A stretch of DNA of 44,340 bases, taken from positions 1 to 44,340 of the IMG/VR virus record IMGVR_UViG_3300020045_011225; one strand, given 5' to 3'. A model generated the notes under the pieces. The model saw nothing but the letters and a program-made list of their open reading frames with translations, had not been told where the DNA came from and made no database searches. Within the stretch, counting starts at the first letter, position 1; each line of letters starts with the position of its first letter. Positions 29,240 through 38,026 of the stretch are shown here, piece by piece. The position numbers and the translations under genes were made by a program. The stretch comes from a virus. Lineage: Duplodnaviria; Caudoviricetes.

Positions 29240-29413
29240 TTATTTTAGAAAATCCTCATTACGATGTTTCATAAATGCACCATCCTCAATAGCGTGACGC
29301 GCTGCGCGCCGTTGCCGCAATTTGGCATCGCATTGGTTCTGAATGGCCTTATCAGCTTGCACACCCGCTTCCTCGGTCATTTTGCGCTTGAACACGGTAG
29401 TTTGGATTCGCAT
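29240..29413 (-). CDS. Hypothetical protein, 57 aa (not in the ORF track)
   Basis: MRIQTTVFKRK...EDFLK; TAATG-coupled to the upstream gene. Confidence 0.6.
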   Translation of the reverse strand: MRIQTTVFKRKMTEEAGVQADKAIQNQCDAKLRQRRAARHAIEDGAFMKHRNEDFLK

Positions 29414-29604
29414 TATTCATCATCCTTGTGTTGGCGCAATACAGCATTCTCAGCTTCTAATGCTGCAATACGGGCTTGCGCTTCGATAACTTTACCATGT
29501 GCGGTGCGCCGTTCTTTACGGTTCATACCACCTGCAATCTGGTTGTATGCGTGGAAATAGGCGTTATCTGCGCGTTCATCAATACTTTGTTCAGGCATTT
29601 GCAT
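29413..29604 (-). CDS. Hypothetical protein
   Basis: Tight operon packing; MNRKERR motif and coiled coil. Confidence 0.6.
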   Translation of the reverse strand: MQMPEQSIDERADNAYFHAYNQIAGGMNRKERRTAHGKVIEAQARIAALEAENAVLRQHKDDE

Positions 29605-30090
29605 TTAATCACCCACCTTTAACTTCCGAATTTGATTTAGCACGGCGCGGGCATATTGCTGCATTTGATCGCCGCTAAATAAGTCGATTAGGGTTTTATT
29701 GTGAGGCCAAGTTTTACTCATGGTTGGATCAGGTAACGGGAGTAACTCGCACTTGTCAAGCACTGACTTGGATGGCTGCGGGGCGATGTAGAGTGGTTCG
29801 ACTGTTACGTGATATGACGGATCGTAGTTGTCGCCAGCATGACCAAAAATATCTGTATGGTGCGGTTTTAGTCCGAAGCCTACTTGAGTTTGTCCTAGCT
29901 CCATGTGTAGCGTGTGACGATAAGCAACAGGCTCACCCTGCCCAAGCTGCGCCTTTAGCGCCACAATCTCTGCATCTTGGCGGCGGAGTTCGTTGACCGC
30001 ATTCATACCAAAAACATAAGGGTCACACTCACCATCTGATTCTGTCCATTGTGCAACAAGCTCAATCGCCTTGCTTTTTTCTTCACTCAT
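29605..30090 (-). CDS. Hypothetical protein (EPVAY...PLY mosaic phage type)
   Basis: QGEPVAY and VEPLYIAPQP motifs; start at MSEEK. Confidence 0.65.
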   Translation of the reverse strand: MSEEKSKAIELVAQWTESDGECDPYVFGMNAVNELRRQDAEIVALKAQLGQGEPVAYRHTLHMELGQTQVGFGLKPHHTDIFGHAGDNYDPSYHVTVEPLYIAPQPSKSVLDKCELLPLPDPTMSKTWPHNKTLIDLFSGDQMQQYARAVLNQIRKLKVGD

Positions 30091-30091
30091 T

Positions 30092-30490
30092 TTATTCAAT
30101 CCCCAATTCAGATTTACGGCCAGTCGCATAGAGCATCATGCGGTGTTTAATGTGCTTCGGCGTGTTGGGCATTGGTGACCATGCTGCATACAGCTTGTGA
30201 TCCCAATGCCCCTCGGTGCCGACACCACCCCATGTTAATACCTGAAGCTTAATGCCGCGAGGGGGTGGGTATTCATACGGACAAAGCCACTCTGCGCGCG
30301 GTGCGGTTTTCGGCTTTTCTGCTGAGTCCAGTTTGTGGGTTAGCATGAATGATGACTCACCGATGAAATGGAATGCCCGGTCAATCACTTTATCCCAAAA
30401 CGGTGTGCGCCCCCGCATATCAAATTGGTCACCATAATCATCAACGACTAGGTACATGTTGGGTTTACGTGAGAATGGATTTTGAATCAT
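30092..30490 (-). CDS. Hypothetical protein with DUF551-like C-terminus
   Basis: EWLCP..PP...AAWSPMP pattern. Confidence 0.55.
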   Translation of the reverse strand: MIQNPFSRKPNMYLVVDDYGDQFDMRGRTPFWDKVIDRAFHFIGESSFMLTHKLDSAEKPKTAPRAEWLCPYEYPPPRGIKLQVLTWGGVGTEGHWDHKLYAAWSPMPNTPKHIKHRMMLYATGRKSELGIE

Positions 30491-30717
30491 AATTTAATTC
30501 CTAAACTAATCGCATTTGCCAAGCCTTTTTTCAACTCAGCTTCTAACTTAGCGGCAGCATCATCAGCACTAAACGCAATGACTGTGATTTGCAAGTGATT
30601 ATCCGTCGAGGTTTCATCACGAAATGTAACCTCTTTTCCGAATTTAGCGTCACATTCATCCCAAACAGCCCAACCGCAGCTGATAGGTTTAAAATTAAAT
30701 AAATCAGCAAGTTTCAT
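30487..30717 (-). CDS. Hypothetical protein
   Basis: ATGA overlaps on both sides. Confidence 0.6.
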   Translation of the reverse strand: MKLADLFNFKPISCGWAVWDECDAKFGKEVTFRDETSTDNHLQITVIAFSADDAAAKLEAELKKGLANAISLGIKL

Positions 30718-31316
30718 AATTTCACCTTTAAAAGTGCCAATTCTGTTTTACGGTAAGTCCGAGCCTTACCCCGAACCCACTCTGCGTTATCATAATGTTC
30801 AGCCAAACCGAGTCGCACCATTGCGTTAATGCGTTTGACTGCGGTTGATGCGATACAGCCCTCACTTTCCCGCAAGTCCAATGAGGTGAACACCTCACCA
30901 ACACCTTTAAGCTGAGCGCGGTATTCATCAAGCAACATTTCGGTACGCACTTCATTGCGCTCGACCATGTTCATTTGGCTATACGGTTGCGGGTAAGCGT
31001 TGATTTTCAGAATCGTCGCGGCCACACTTTGCTGCAACTTGAATAGCGGTGTTCCGGCATCCGAGCCACATCGCTTAGCCAAACCGAGGTCGACGAGTCG
31101 TGTGACTTGCCGACAACCTGTGTTGCGGGAACCCCCTATCAAGTCGGCCATTTGTGCCGAGGTGAATTTGACCTTCAATTTAGGTAAGGCCGCAATCAAC
31201 ACGTCAAGCGATGTGCGGTGCAGCGATACCTTGAATTCCCGTTTCGGCTTTTTGGTAATCTTGGTTTGCTGATGTGGGGCGTTGACTTGAGCCGCCGCGT
31301 GCATGAAACCTAACAT
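30714..31316 (-). CDS. Tandem winged-helix DNA-binding protein (putative)
   Basis: Two similar units, FTSAQMADLIG..RNT..RQVTRLVDLGLA and FTSLDL...STAVKRINAMVRLGLA. Confidence 0.6.
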   Translation of the reverse strand: MLGFMHAAAQVNAPHQQTKITKKPKREFKVSLHRTSLDVLIAALPKLKVKFTSAQMADLIGGSRNTGCRQVTRLVDLGLAKRCGSDAGTPLFKLQQSVAATILKINAYPQPYSQMNMVERNEVRTEMLLDEYRAQLKGVGEVFTSLDLRESEGCIASTAVKRINAMVRLGLAEHYDNAEWVRGKARTYRKTELALLKVKL

Positions 31317-31331
31317 TGCAAAACCCCTCGT

Positions 31332-31529
31332 TTATAATTGTCCATTCGGTAAAGCTTTGATGTTAGAAGGTGGATACCAATCAGAACAATTTAAGAACGG
31401 GCAATAAACGTAAAACCAATCAGTTTTCCAATTTGGAATACAAATGTGTGAATCGACAGGTGGCTTCTCAATAACACCTATTGATCTATCTTTTAAAATA
31501 ACACGCTGCCCAACAAGAAAATTAACCAT
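31332..31529 (-). CDS. Small SH3-like hypothetical protein
   Basis: FLVGQRVILKD..IGVI; coupled start. Confidence 0.55.
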   Translation of the reverse strand: MVNFLVGQRVILKDRSIGVIEKPPVDSHICIPNWKTDWFYVYCPFLNCSDWYPPSNIKALPNGQL

Positions 31530-31792
31530 TACAATTCTCCTTCAGGCCAACCGCGAGGGTAAATCCGGCCAGTCAACGCTTTGTCGTTCTTGGCGCAAAT
31601 CACATTACCTTCAGGTGTCGAGTATTCCCGCAAACCCTCGCAGCCGCGATTCGGTGGTGGGGTGGGTTCGATTTTACAAATTCGGTCGTTAACATTGAGA
31701 ATGCCTAAAATCGTCACACCAAACACAACAATAACCAGTACACATAAACAACCATCACGTAAAAAAGTAACTGTGCGTGAAAATGTGACCAT
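31529..31792 (-). CDS. Hypothetical membrane protein
   Basis: N-terminal TM and Cys-containing C-terminus. Confidence 0.6.
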   Translation of the reverse strand: MVTFSRTVTFLRDGCLCVLVIVVFGVTILGILNVNDRICKIEPTPPPNRGCEGLREYSTPEGNVICAKNDKALTGRIYPRGWPEGEL

Positions 31793-31794
31793 GA

Positions 31795-32349
31795 TTATTC
31801 ACCTTTCCGTTGATTCAGCGTCACGACCATCGCCTGCTTGATTGCGTCATCTAATGCGTCATGCGCAACGCCGTATTCCGGCAATACTAAACCTTCACCC
31901 ACCTCTTGTTTAAAAGTGCGGAGGCAACGCGCGCCCCAGAACGGCCAACATGGTTTCACGTTGAACTTGTCCATCAGGTTAGCGAGGATTGCCACATCGA
32001 AGTCACTACCATTACCGTAAAGCTTGATTTCATTCCAATCGGAATCACCTACCGTTTTAATCATCCACTCACTGAAACGAGTCAATGCTACTGTAGGGGG
32101 GTGGCGAAGTGCCGCAACCTGTTTAGCGCGTGCATCGTCAGATTGACCTAACCACCATAGTAAAGTGCTTTCAGAAGGCACTACACCTGCACGGAATTGC
32201 TCATCAAGTGAGAGGTAAATATGGAAGCCGTTTGCAATATTGATATCACCTGTTTTAGAGTCGAAGGCCACACAACCAATACTCAAAATGGGTGAGTTTG
32301 GCGTGTTGTTTGCAGTTTCAAGGTCTAGGGAGAATTCTGTAAATGGCAT
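31795..32349 (-). CDS. 3'-5' exonuclease, DEDDh family (Rv2179c-like)
   Basis: LDLET, GNGSDFD and HDALDDA motifs. Confidence 0.9.
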   Translation of the reverse strand: MPFTEFSLDLETANNTPNSPILSIGCVAFDSKTGDINIANGFHIYLSLDEQFRAGVVPSESTLLWWLGQSDDARAKQVAALRHPPTVALTRFSEWMIKTVGDSDWNEIKLYGNGSDFDVAILANLMDKFNVKPCWPFWGARCLRTFKQEVGEGLVLPEYGVAHDALDDAIKQAMVVTLNQRKGE

Positions 32350-32351
32350 AA

Positions 32352-32543
32352 TTAAATTTCCCGTTCGATTTGGGTGAAATTAGCATTGATCCAATCGGCA
32401 CATGCTTCACTATTGAATTCACCATCTTGGTAAAAAGATTCTACTTGTTGCACCAACTCCCATCGGGCGTCATGCCCTTCAGCGGCCACGCGGGTTGTGT
32501 GCGTTGTACCATCGCTACATTGAAATATTGTGGTGACAGCCAT
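32352..32543 (-). CDS. Hypothetical protein
   Basis: FQCSDGTTH motif; operon packing. Confidence 0.6.
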   Translation of the reverse strand: MAVTTIFQCSDGTTHTTRVAAEGHDARWELVQQVESFYQDGEFNSEACADWINANFTQIEREI

Positions 32544-32545
32544 GA

Positions 32546-32860
32546 TTATTTACCTTTTTGAAATAATGATTGGACAACCCACCACTCAATGCCGTTTAGA
32601 ATCAACATGCAAATCAGCAAGGCGGCAAGTACCGTGAGAATAATTTCGCGTAGAGTCGGTAAAACGTGTACAAGGTCGTCATCCACCGTTGTCACGTTCT
32701 TAACCAACCCGCGCAAAGCTTGGTGAACCACTTTACCGTATGAAGGTGAGTGTACAACCACAACTTCATCATTCGCCGCGACTGGCTGCGAGGTAATCAT
32801 TGGTACACCGTTTAACGTCAGTGGGTTCACTTCTTTTCCGTCTTTTTTGACAATTGGCAT
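32546..32860 (-). CDS. Hypothetical protein with C-terminal TM
   Basis: AGGA RBS before MPIVKK; hydrophobic C-terminus. Confidence 0.6.
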   Translation of the reverse strand: MPIVKKDGKEVNPLTLNGVPMITSQPVAANDEVVVVHSPSYGKVVHQALRGLVKNVTTVDDDLVHVLPTLREIILTVLAALLICMLILNGIEWWVVQSLFQKGK

Positions 32861-32969
32861 GGTCGTTTTTCCTGCAAGGTGGTGGGTCGGGGTCATTAAC
32901 ATCCCATGCCAAATTACATTTCACACATCGCATTTGGTCGCTGAGCTGTATTGCATTGCATTCTGGCAT
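32769..32969 (-). CDS. Small Cys-rich (zinc-ribbon-like) protein
   Basis: C...SDQMRCVKCNLAWDVNDPDPPPC; AAGGA RBS. Confidence 0.55.
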   Translation of the reverse strand: MPECNAIQLSDQMRCVKCNLAWDVNDPDPPPCRKNDHANCQKRRKRSEPTDVKRCTNDYLAASRGE

Positions 32970-33001
32970 AGGGTATTTCCTTTTGCAAGTAGTATTTGAA
33001 A

Positions 33002-33664
33002 CTATTTAACCGTTTCAAACGATCTTTCCGATAGCCATTTTTCAATACATGAAGTCAAATCATTCACGCTACCATTATTTGTCATCGTGAAATCAATCAG
33101 TTCAGCGGGCAATCGGGTGTCATATTGATCACGGTTCGAATAATCGTAACCTGGTCGTGCAATTTCCCATGACTCGAAGTCGTAATGCCAATCATGCGCC
33201 AACATGCGCAACTTCTCTTGCTCAATCGGCAACCGCGCATCGGTGATGACCACGTTGTAATGGAAATGCTCAGCAAGGATTTTCCGCAAAGTGGCAATAA
33301 TGAACACGTCATCACCGGCAACCGACTTGCGCCATTGTGACCAAAGCAGCAATAACTCTCGCGGCGTGCGCGGCGTGAGTAGCGGGTAATGGTTGTTTGA
33401 CTTCTCAGCAGCAAACGTGGCACTGGTGATGAACCATTGTGTGAATATTTGCGAGGTTGAGAACAGAATTGCGTTGTGTTTATTAGGGGTATCTTTCTCC
33501 AACCTAGTAAACATAATGTCTGGAGACGTACACCAGTTAGCAGCAACCTCGTTTTTCAAAGTGTCGGCCAGCGCAATCACCTTGAAACCGCGTTCACGCA
33601 GAATAGTACCGACTGTATCTTTACCTGAACCCTGCGCGCCGGATAGCGCGATCATTTTTGTCAT
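33002..33664 (-). CDS. Deoxynucleoside monophosphate kinase
   Basis: IALSGAQGSGKDT P-loop, LADTLK, TPRELL and VVITDAR. Confidence 0.85.
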   Translation of the reverse strand: MTKMIALSGAQGSGKDTVGTILRERGFKVIALADTLKNEVAANWCTSPDIMFTRLEKDTPNKHNAILFSTSQIFTQWFITSATFAAEKSNNHYPLLTPRTPRELLLLWSQWRKSVAGDDVFIIATLRKILAEHFHYNVVITDARLPIEQEKLRMLAHDWHYDFESWEIARPGYDYSNRDQYDTRLPAELIDFTMTNNGSVNDLTSCIEKWLSERSFETVK

Positions 33665-33674
33665 AATTTATACC

Positions 33675-33699
33675 AAAGAAAACCCGCATTGCTGCGGGT
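33675..33699 (-). terminator. Intrinsic terminator (GCAA tetraloop)
   Basis: Minus strand ACCCGCA-GCAA-TGCGGGT-TTTCTTT. Confidence 0.8.
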
Positions 33700-33713
33700 C
33701 GGTTGTTCAAGAA

Positions 33714-34751
33714 TTACAGTTCATCATCCACTTGCGATTTAGCGGCCAACCATGCGCCGTATACCTCACGACCAACCTCAACGGCACCTTTCGTTTTCAT
33801 GGCCGCGTAAATCTTGGCAGCAGGCACCTCAACGATTGTGCCATCCACTTTGCGCCAATACGTTGCATCGCCAATACGCTGAACACCTTCAATGTACTCA
33901 TCGCGGGTGATCAGCGTTGTATTACCTTCACTCAACGCTGAAGGCAGTTCGGCCTCAGAATAAATGCTGCAATAGCTATCTGAGGTATCATGGTAAATAT
34001 ACCAAACACCGTCGTAACCTGTGGCACTTTCAACCCCTCGGTTAAGATCCTCTAACGTAGCCAGGTTATTAAACTTGGACATTTCCGAAGCGGAAACACG
34101 GTCAGGTAATTTTGAAGGGTCAACTTTAAAAGCTTTAACCGCAGCAGGTGTGCCGACGAATGAACCATCTTGCCCAGCCAGTTTGCCGAGGGAATAAAGT
34201 AGGGCTTCATAGTTCGCTTTATCGAGGCGCTGGTGCTGGCCAGACAGCATTTCCGCTTCAGGCTTGGCGATGGGTTCACCCTTCTCGTTTTTCCACCATG
34301 TAGTGCCGTCGGCATCCACCCAATTGAACTGTTTGCCGGTGTAGTCCGGTCGCTGCAAATATTCAGCCTCACCAATTCGCACCACATTGCTGTCTTTGGA
34401 TGGTGGAATGTCGGCGCGCACCTTATAGGTCATGCCAGTGCGGATATGCAGGTAATAGCAAGTTCCCGTTGCGGTGAGTGGTTGAAACTCAGCTTCAGTA
34501 ACGCACCATACCCGCGTGCCGGGTGTGCGGTAAATCACATCGTTATCCAACGCGACGGTGTTCAGGTAGATACCCGCATCGCGCGCAAAAGCGATAAGGC
34601 CAACCAGTTCAGTTGACAGTAGGTCAGGCACGAAGAACGAGTCACCGTGCTTCATAGCGCGGAGTTTCGGCAAATACGCTTCGTGCATTGAGGGTTCAGC
34701 ATTCGGGCGATCCACACCACCCTCAACCGTAATTACGATTCGGTTGCTCAT
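33714..34751 (-). CDS. Hypothetical multi-domain protein
   Basis: N-terminal MKHGDSFFVP motif; repeated YW/WW-K-x-x-G units; ends DDEL. Confidence 0.75.
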   Translation of the reverse strand: MSNRIVITVEGGVDRPNAEPSMHEAYLPKLRAMKHGDSFFVPDLLSTELVGLIAFARDAGIYLNTVALDNDVIYRTPGTRVWCVTEAEFQPLTATGTCYYLHIRTGMTYKVRADIPPSKDSNVVRIGEAEYLQRPDYTGKQFNWVDADGTTWWKNEKGEPIAKPEAEMLSGQHQRLDKANYEALLYSLGKLAGQDGSFVGTPAAVKAFKVDPSKLPDRVSASEMSKFNNLATLEDLNRGVESATGYDGVWYIYHDTSDSYCSIYSEAELPSALSEGNTTLITRDEYIEGVQRIGDATYWRKVDGTIVEVPAAKIYAAMKTKGAVEVGREVYGAWLAAKSQVDDEL

Positions 34752-35722
34752 AACTCATCACCACCTTCAAGTTTAGCAACAATCGCAGACTGCACGCCAA
34801 GTAGCGCGCTAAGGAATTTACCGATTTGCGTGTGTAGCATCCAAGCCGTTGTAACCACGGTGCCAATTGCGTCATCCGACTCACCCAAGTGACTTTTAAT
34901 ATCGCTTGCCAAAATGCCGGATAACTTAAAGCTACGGAATAGGCCAGCAGGCAACACGTCAACGGTGAATTGTGGAATAAACTTATTGTCAATATCGAAT
35001 GCGCCGTATTGCACTTGCATCGAGTTCACCGACCATGTGCCGATCAGGTGTTGCGTGACCGCTTCGCTACCCAAATCGGTTTCTGTGAATTTAATCGTAC
35101 CCGCCTCAGCATTGAGACTTAACTTGTCACCCAAATCAATGAAGTCGTATTGTGACGTGTCACGTAACATTGTGTTGAGCATGATCGGCAACTGCGGTAA
35201 ATCCAACAGGTTCATGCGGGTATCGGGTTGAATACCACACAGCATTGAATTCACAAAGCCTGCTACGGTATCAACAACGCGCACTGAGGCACTACCCACA
35301 ATGCAGTAAGTCGGTGACATTAAAACGGGAACGTGCATTACCTTGACGTGCGACTTGTCCAACAAGGCCGGTAGAATGTCATCTTTTAAACGCATGATTT
35401 CTTTCTTGCCGAGTTTGCGCTGCTCTTTCTTTTCCAACTCGCGCACTTTGGCCGCAAGCGCAGTGCGCAATACCGCACCAGGCAATACGCGATCCGCAAT
35501 TGCCACAACCATCAATTTGATATTGTGCGGGCAGTCAACCACCCATTCATCAGCCACTTTACTGAAACCAACGGATTGCCATTGTGAGCCTTGCGGCATT
35601 TCGATTTGGTGTGCTTCGACTTCATCACACAACTCAGCCACACAAAGCTCATTGTTTAAATACTCACGTAGATAGGTTGTGAGGTTGTCATTCGGCTTAA
35701 ATGCCGTGAATGCTTTGATCAT
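34748..35722 (-). CDS. rdgC: Recombination-associated protein RdgC
   Basis: SVGF and RVLPGAVL...ELEKKEQRKLGKKEIMRLKDDI...LL signature; 324 aa. Confidence 0.88.
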   Translation of the reverse strand: MIKAFTAFKPNDNLTTYLREYLNNELCVAELCDEVEAHQIEMPQGSQWQSVGFSKVADEWVVDCPHNIKLMVVAIADRVLPGAVLRTALAAKVRELEKKEQRKLGKKEIMRLKDDILPALLDKSHVKVMHVPVLMSPTYCIVGSASVRVVDTVAGFVNSMLCGIQPDTRMNLLDLPQLPIMLNTMLRDTSQYDFIDLGDKLSLNAEAGTIKFTETDLGSEAVTQHLIGTWSVNSMQVQYGAFDIDNKFIPQFTVDVLPAGLFRSFKLSGILASDIKSHLGESDDAIGTVVTTAWMLHTQIGKFLSALLGVQSAIVAKLEGGDEL

Positions 35723-36072
35723 AATTCGTCGTCCTCAATCGGTGTTGCGGTTTTAAATTTGACATACATATCGGGGTTGCGGAGTTGCTGAATGTTCAAT
35801 GACGCTTGACCATCAGCACGGATTTTCCGCACCATGATTCGTGGGTGTGCAAGTGAAAACTCTGAGTCGGGGTCAGGGCAAAATACACGCTCAACCACGG
35901 CAAATGGTTTAGTGAATACACGGCAGTCGGCAATGGTGTCACCCTCTTGAAACGGGCTGATTTTCTTAACCAGATCATTCGCGTGGTCGGCCAAAGCAGT
36001 TTCAGCAGCGAGTAAATCGGAGCGCCGCGTAGTGACCATATCAAGTAAAGCTTGGTAAATTGATTGTGACAT
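35719..36072 (-). CDS. Hypothetical protein
   Basis: SPFQEGD...RKIRADG; coupled on both sides. Confidence 0.65.
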   Translation of the reverse strand: MSQSIYQALLDMVTTRRSDLLAAETALADHANDLVKKISPFQEGDTIADCRVFTKPFAVVERVFCPDPDSEFSLAHPRIMVRKIRADGQASLNIQQLRNPDMYVKFKTATPIEDDEL

Positions 36073-36767
36073 TAGAACTTTTTCCCATCGTCGAGTTTAC
36101 GGTTTTCAGGCTTGTGATCTTGCCGGGAGGCATTGTATTGCAGCTTCTCAGCAATCGCGCCAGCAAGGTCGTAACCCATACCGCCAGCCATATCGAAAAT
36201 GCGGATAGCTGCATCGGCCAATTCGACTTCAATCATCTTGCGGTGTGGCAGCTTGTCATCCATCAAGTTCTTGCGGTGACCTTCCATCGCTTCGCTGACT
36301 TCCGAGTGAATCAGGCAAAGCAGTTCAGGCACATTGCGGTTACCGCGCAAATCCTCACCGGTTTGCAGGTTATTCCACCAACCTGATTGAAAGGCAAGGC
36401 CGAAGCACGCATCGGTGAGTGTTTTACCTGCAATTAGTAGATTACCAACATGAACACCAGCAATGTTGTTTTCATGTTGGATCGGCGTTGGTTCAGAGAG
36501 AATGCACTTAATTACATCGTGGTAGTTGATCACTTTCACACCCGTAAAACGCATCGCGGGGTCGTTTGAATCGGATACCAAAAGCAAGTGACCATAAGTA
36601 GGCACAGGTGTATTTTTAGGGTCAACATCATCAAGGATTCGCGTAAGCCCGAAATAATCAGCAATCCGCTGCGCATTGCGGGTTTTACCACAACCTTTCT
36701 CACCATAAACGATGATTGATGAAATGAAGGGGGTGTTGGTGTCAACGTTAATTGGATTTTGGTTCAT
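36072..36767 (-). CDS. P-loop-like domain fused to a MazG-like NTP pyrophosphatase
   Basis: GEKGCGKT Walker A; LIHSEVSEAMEG...EVELADAAIRIFD MazG-like motif. Confidence 0.8.
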   Translation of the reverse strand: MNQNPINVDTNTPFISSIIVYGEKGCGKTRNAQRIADYFGLTRILDDVDPKNTPVPTYGHLLLVSDSNDPAMRFTGVKVINYHDVIKCILSEPTPIQHENNIAGVHVGNLLIAGKTLTDACFGLAFQSGWWNNLQTGEDLRGNRNVPELLCLIHSEVSEAMEGHRKNLMDDKLPHRKMIEVELADAAIRIFDMAGGMGYDLAGAIAEKLQYNASRQDHKPENRKLDDGKKF

Positions 36768-37051
36768 TTTTTCTTCTCGACGGTGTAGCGAAGGTGACCT
36801 TCCGCTGTTTGTTGGAAAGACACGTTATTCGCTTTGGCGAACTTCTGAATTTCAGCAGGTTTAATTTCCACCGCCCGGCGGCCAAGCTGTTTGAGCATCA
36901 CACCGATTAGCAGGTATGTGGCTTTTTGCCATTCCTGATACTTGGCAGCAGCTTCATCGACGATTTCACCGGCTGGCGTGGTTGCCGCAATAACGGCAGC
37001 AGCGGTGGGTTTCAATTTACTATCAGGTGATTCTTGTAATTCACGGTTCAC
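36764..37051 (-). CDS. Hypothetical protein
   Basis: GTG start with AAGGA RBS. Confidence 0.65.
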   Translation of the reverse strand: MNRELQESPDSKLKPTAAAVIAATTPAGEIVDEAAAKYQEWQKATYLLIGVMLKQLGRRAVEIKPAEIQKFAKANNVSFQQTAEGHLRYTVEKKK

Positions 37052-37075
37052 GGTATTTCCTTTTAGTGAGTGGGG

Positions 37076-37100
37076 TTAAATTAAATTAAATTAAATTAAA
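37076..37100. repeat. (TTAAA)5 microsatellite
   Basis: Five perfect pentamer copies. Confidence 0.95.
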
Positions 37101-37243
37101 TCTTTTGAGACGATACGGCGGCAACGCTGGCAGATGCGGTGATGTTTGTCGTTGTGCAACCAACCGCTATCCCGTTTATCGAATGAGTGATTCAGTAAAT
37201 CGCAGAACCACCAAAGTAGTTTTTCAAGTAAGGGTTGCTTCAT
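37091..37243 (-). CDS. Small Cys/His protein, 50 aa (not in the ORF track)
   Basis: MKQPLLEK...FCDLLNH...ICQRCRR; GGAGG RBS. Confidence 0.6.
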   Translation of the reverse strand: MKQPLLEKLLWWFCDLLNHSFDKRDSGWLHNDKHHRICQRCRRIVSKDLI

Positions 37244-37707
37244 TTAACCTCCGATGCTGCCAATAAATAATTCCGCATGAAATCTAACTGTGTATCTGGA
37301 ATGCTTGAATCATGCTTCCGACCAAGCACCCAAAGCAGCATCACATTCTTTTTCCATTCATCTGCGTGCGGAATGCGAGGGGTTTCGACTAGCGCATAGC
37401 CTTCTGGAATGGCTGGCGATACTTGGAGCGCATAGCCTTCTGGAATGGCTGGCGATACTTGGAGCGCGTAAACATCGCGAATTTTATACCCGCCTTTAAC
37501 TGTATTTTCACGATGCTTGTGGTGCTCTGAACCGAAATGCCATCCGCCATCATCATCATCTTGAAATTGCCAGCCTACGATTTCATTTTGCTGCTCAATG
37601 GCTTGAAGGCGTTTCAGGCTGGCTAAGATTGCCTGTTCATACTTACCGCCATGATCCGCCAGTTCTAACTTGGCGCGTTCAATCTGCTGCGATAATGTGA
37701 TAATCAT
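37240..37707 (-). CDS. Hypothetical protein with a 12-aa tandem duplication
   Basis: YALQVSPAIPEG twice; ATGA-coupled start. Confidence 0.65.
   Translation of the reverse strand: MIITLSQQIERAKLELADHGGKYEQAILASLKRLQAIEQQNEIVGWQFQDDDDGGWHFGSEHHKHRENTVKGGYKIRDVYALQVSPAIPEGYALQVSPAIPEGYALVETPRIPHADEWKKNVMLLWVLGRKHDSSIPDTQLDFMRNYLLAASEVK
37391..37467. repeat. Perfect 36-bp tandem duplication
   Basis: AGCGCATAGCCTTCTGGAATGGCTGGCGATACTTGG x2 plus AGCGC. Confidence 0.95.
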
Positions 37708-37868
37708 CGTGGACACCCCAACTTGCTCGCACCACATACGGCGCATTTGTAAATACCCTTGCTGCTGATATGTGCGGTGTGGAAACTTTGCGTGGTATAA
37801 GTTTTGTTAAACCTCCAATTCCAAACGTGGCGTTTACCATCTTGACATTTCGGTAATTTGGTAGCCAT
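37704..37868 (-). CDS. Small zinc-finger-like protein, 54 aa (not in the ORF track)
   Basis: MATKLPKCQDGKRH...YKCAVCG; GAGGA RBS; coupled. Confidence 0.6.
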   Translation of the reverse strand: MATKLPKCQDGKRHVWNWRFNKTYTTQSFHTAHISSKGIYKCAVCGASKLGCPR

Positions 37869-38026
37869 TACAATTCCTCAGCTTGATTACGTTTATATTC
37901 AGCCAATGCACGATTCCAGCGTGCTAAATATCGCTCAAATGTTTGGCGTTCAATCTCATCACAAAACATATCGCTGGAAAACACCATTGCGTCAACACTG
38001 TCCATAAGTTCCTCACGCGGGCTCAT
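37868..38026 (-). CDS. Hypothetical protein, 52 aa (not in the ORF track)
   Basis: MSPREELMDSVDAMVFSSD...YLARWNRAL; GGGAG RBS; coupled. Confidence 0.6.
   Translation of the reverse strand: MSPREELMDSVDAMVFSSDMFCDEIERQTFERYLARWNRALAEYKRNQAEEL

Noticed and set aside
33393-33941. 182-aa + strand ORF, and the many other opposite-strand ORFs over structural and leftward genes
   Set aside because: They overlap well-supported genes on the other strand and lack motifs or RBSs
37868-38026. Apparent frameshifted pseudogene
   Set aside because: On recounting the T-run the frame is intact, giving a 52-aa gene
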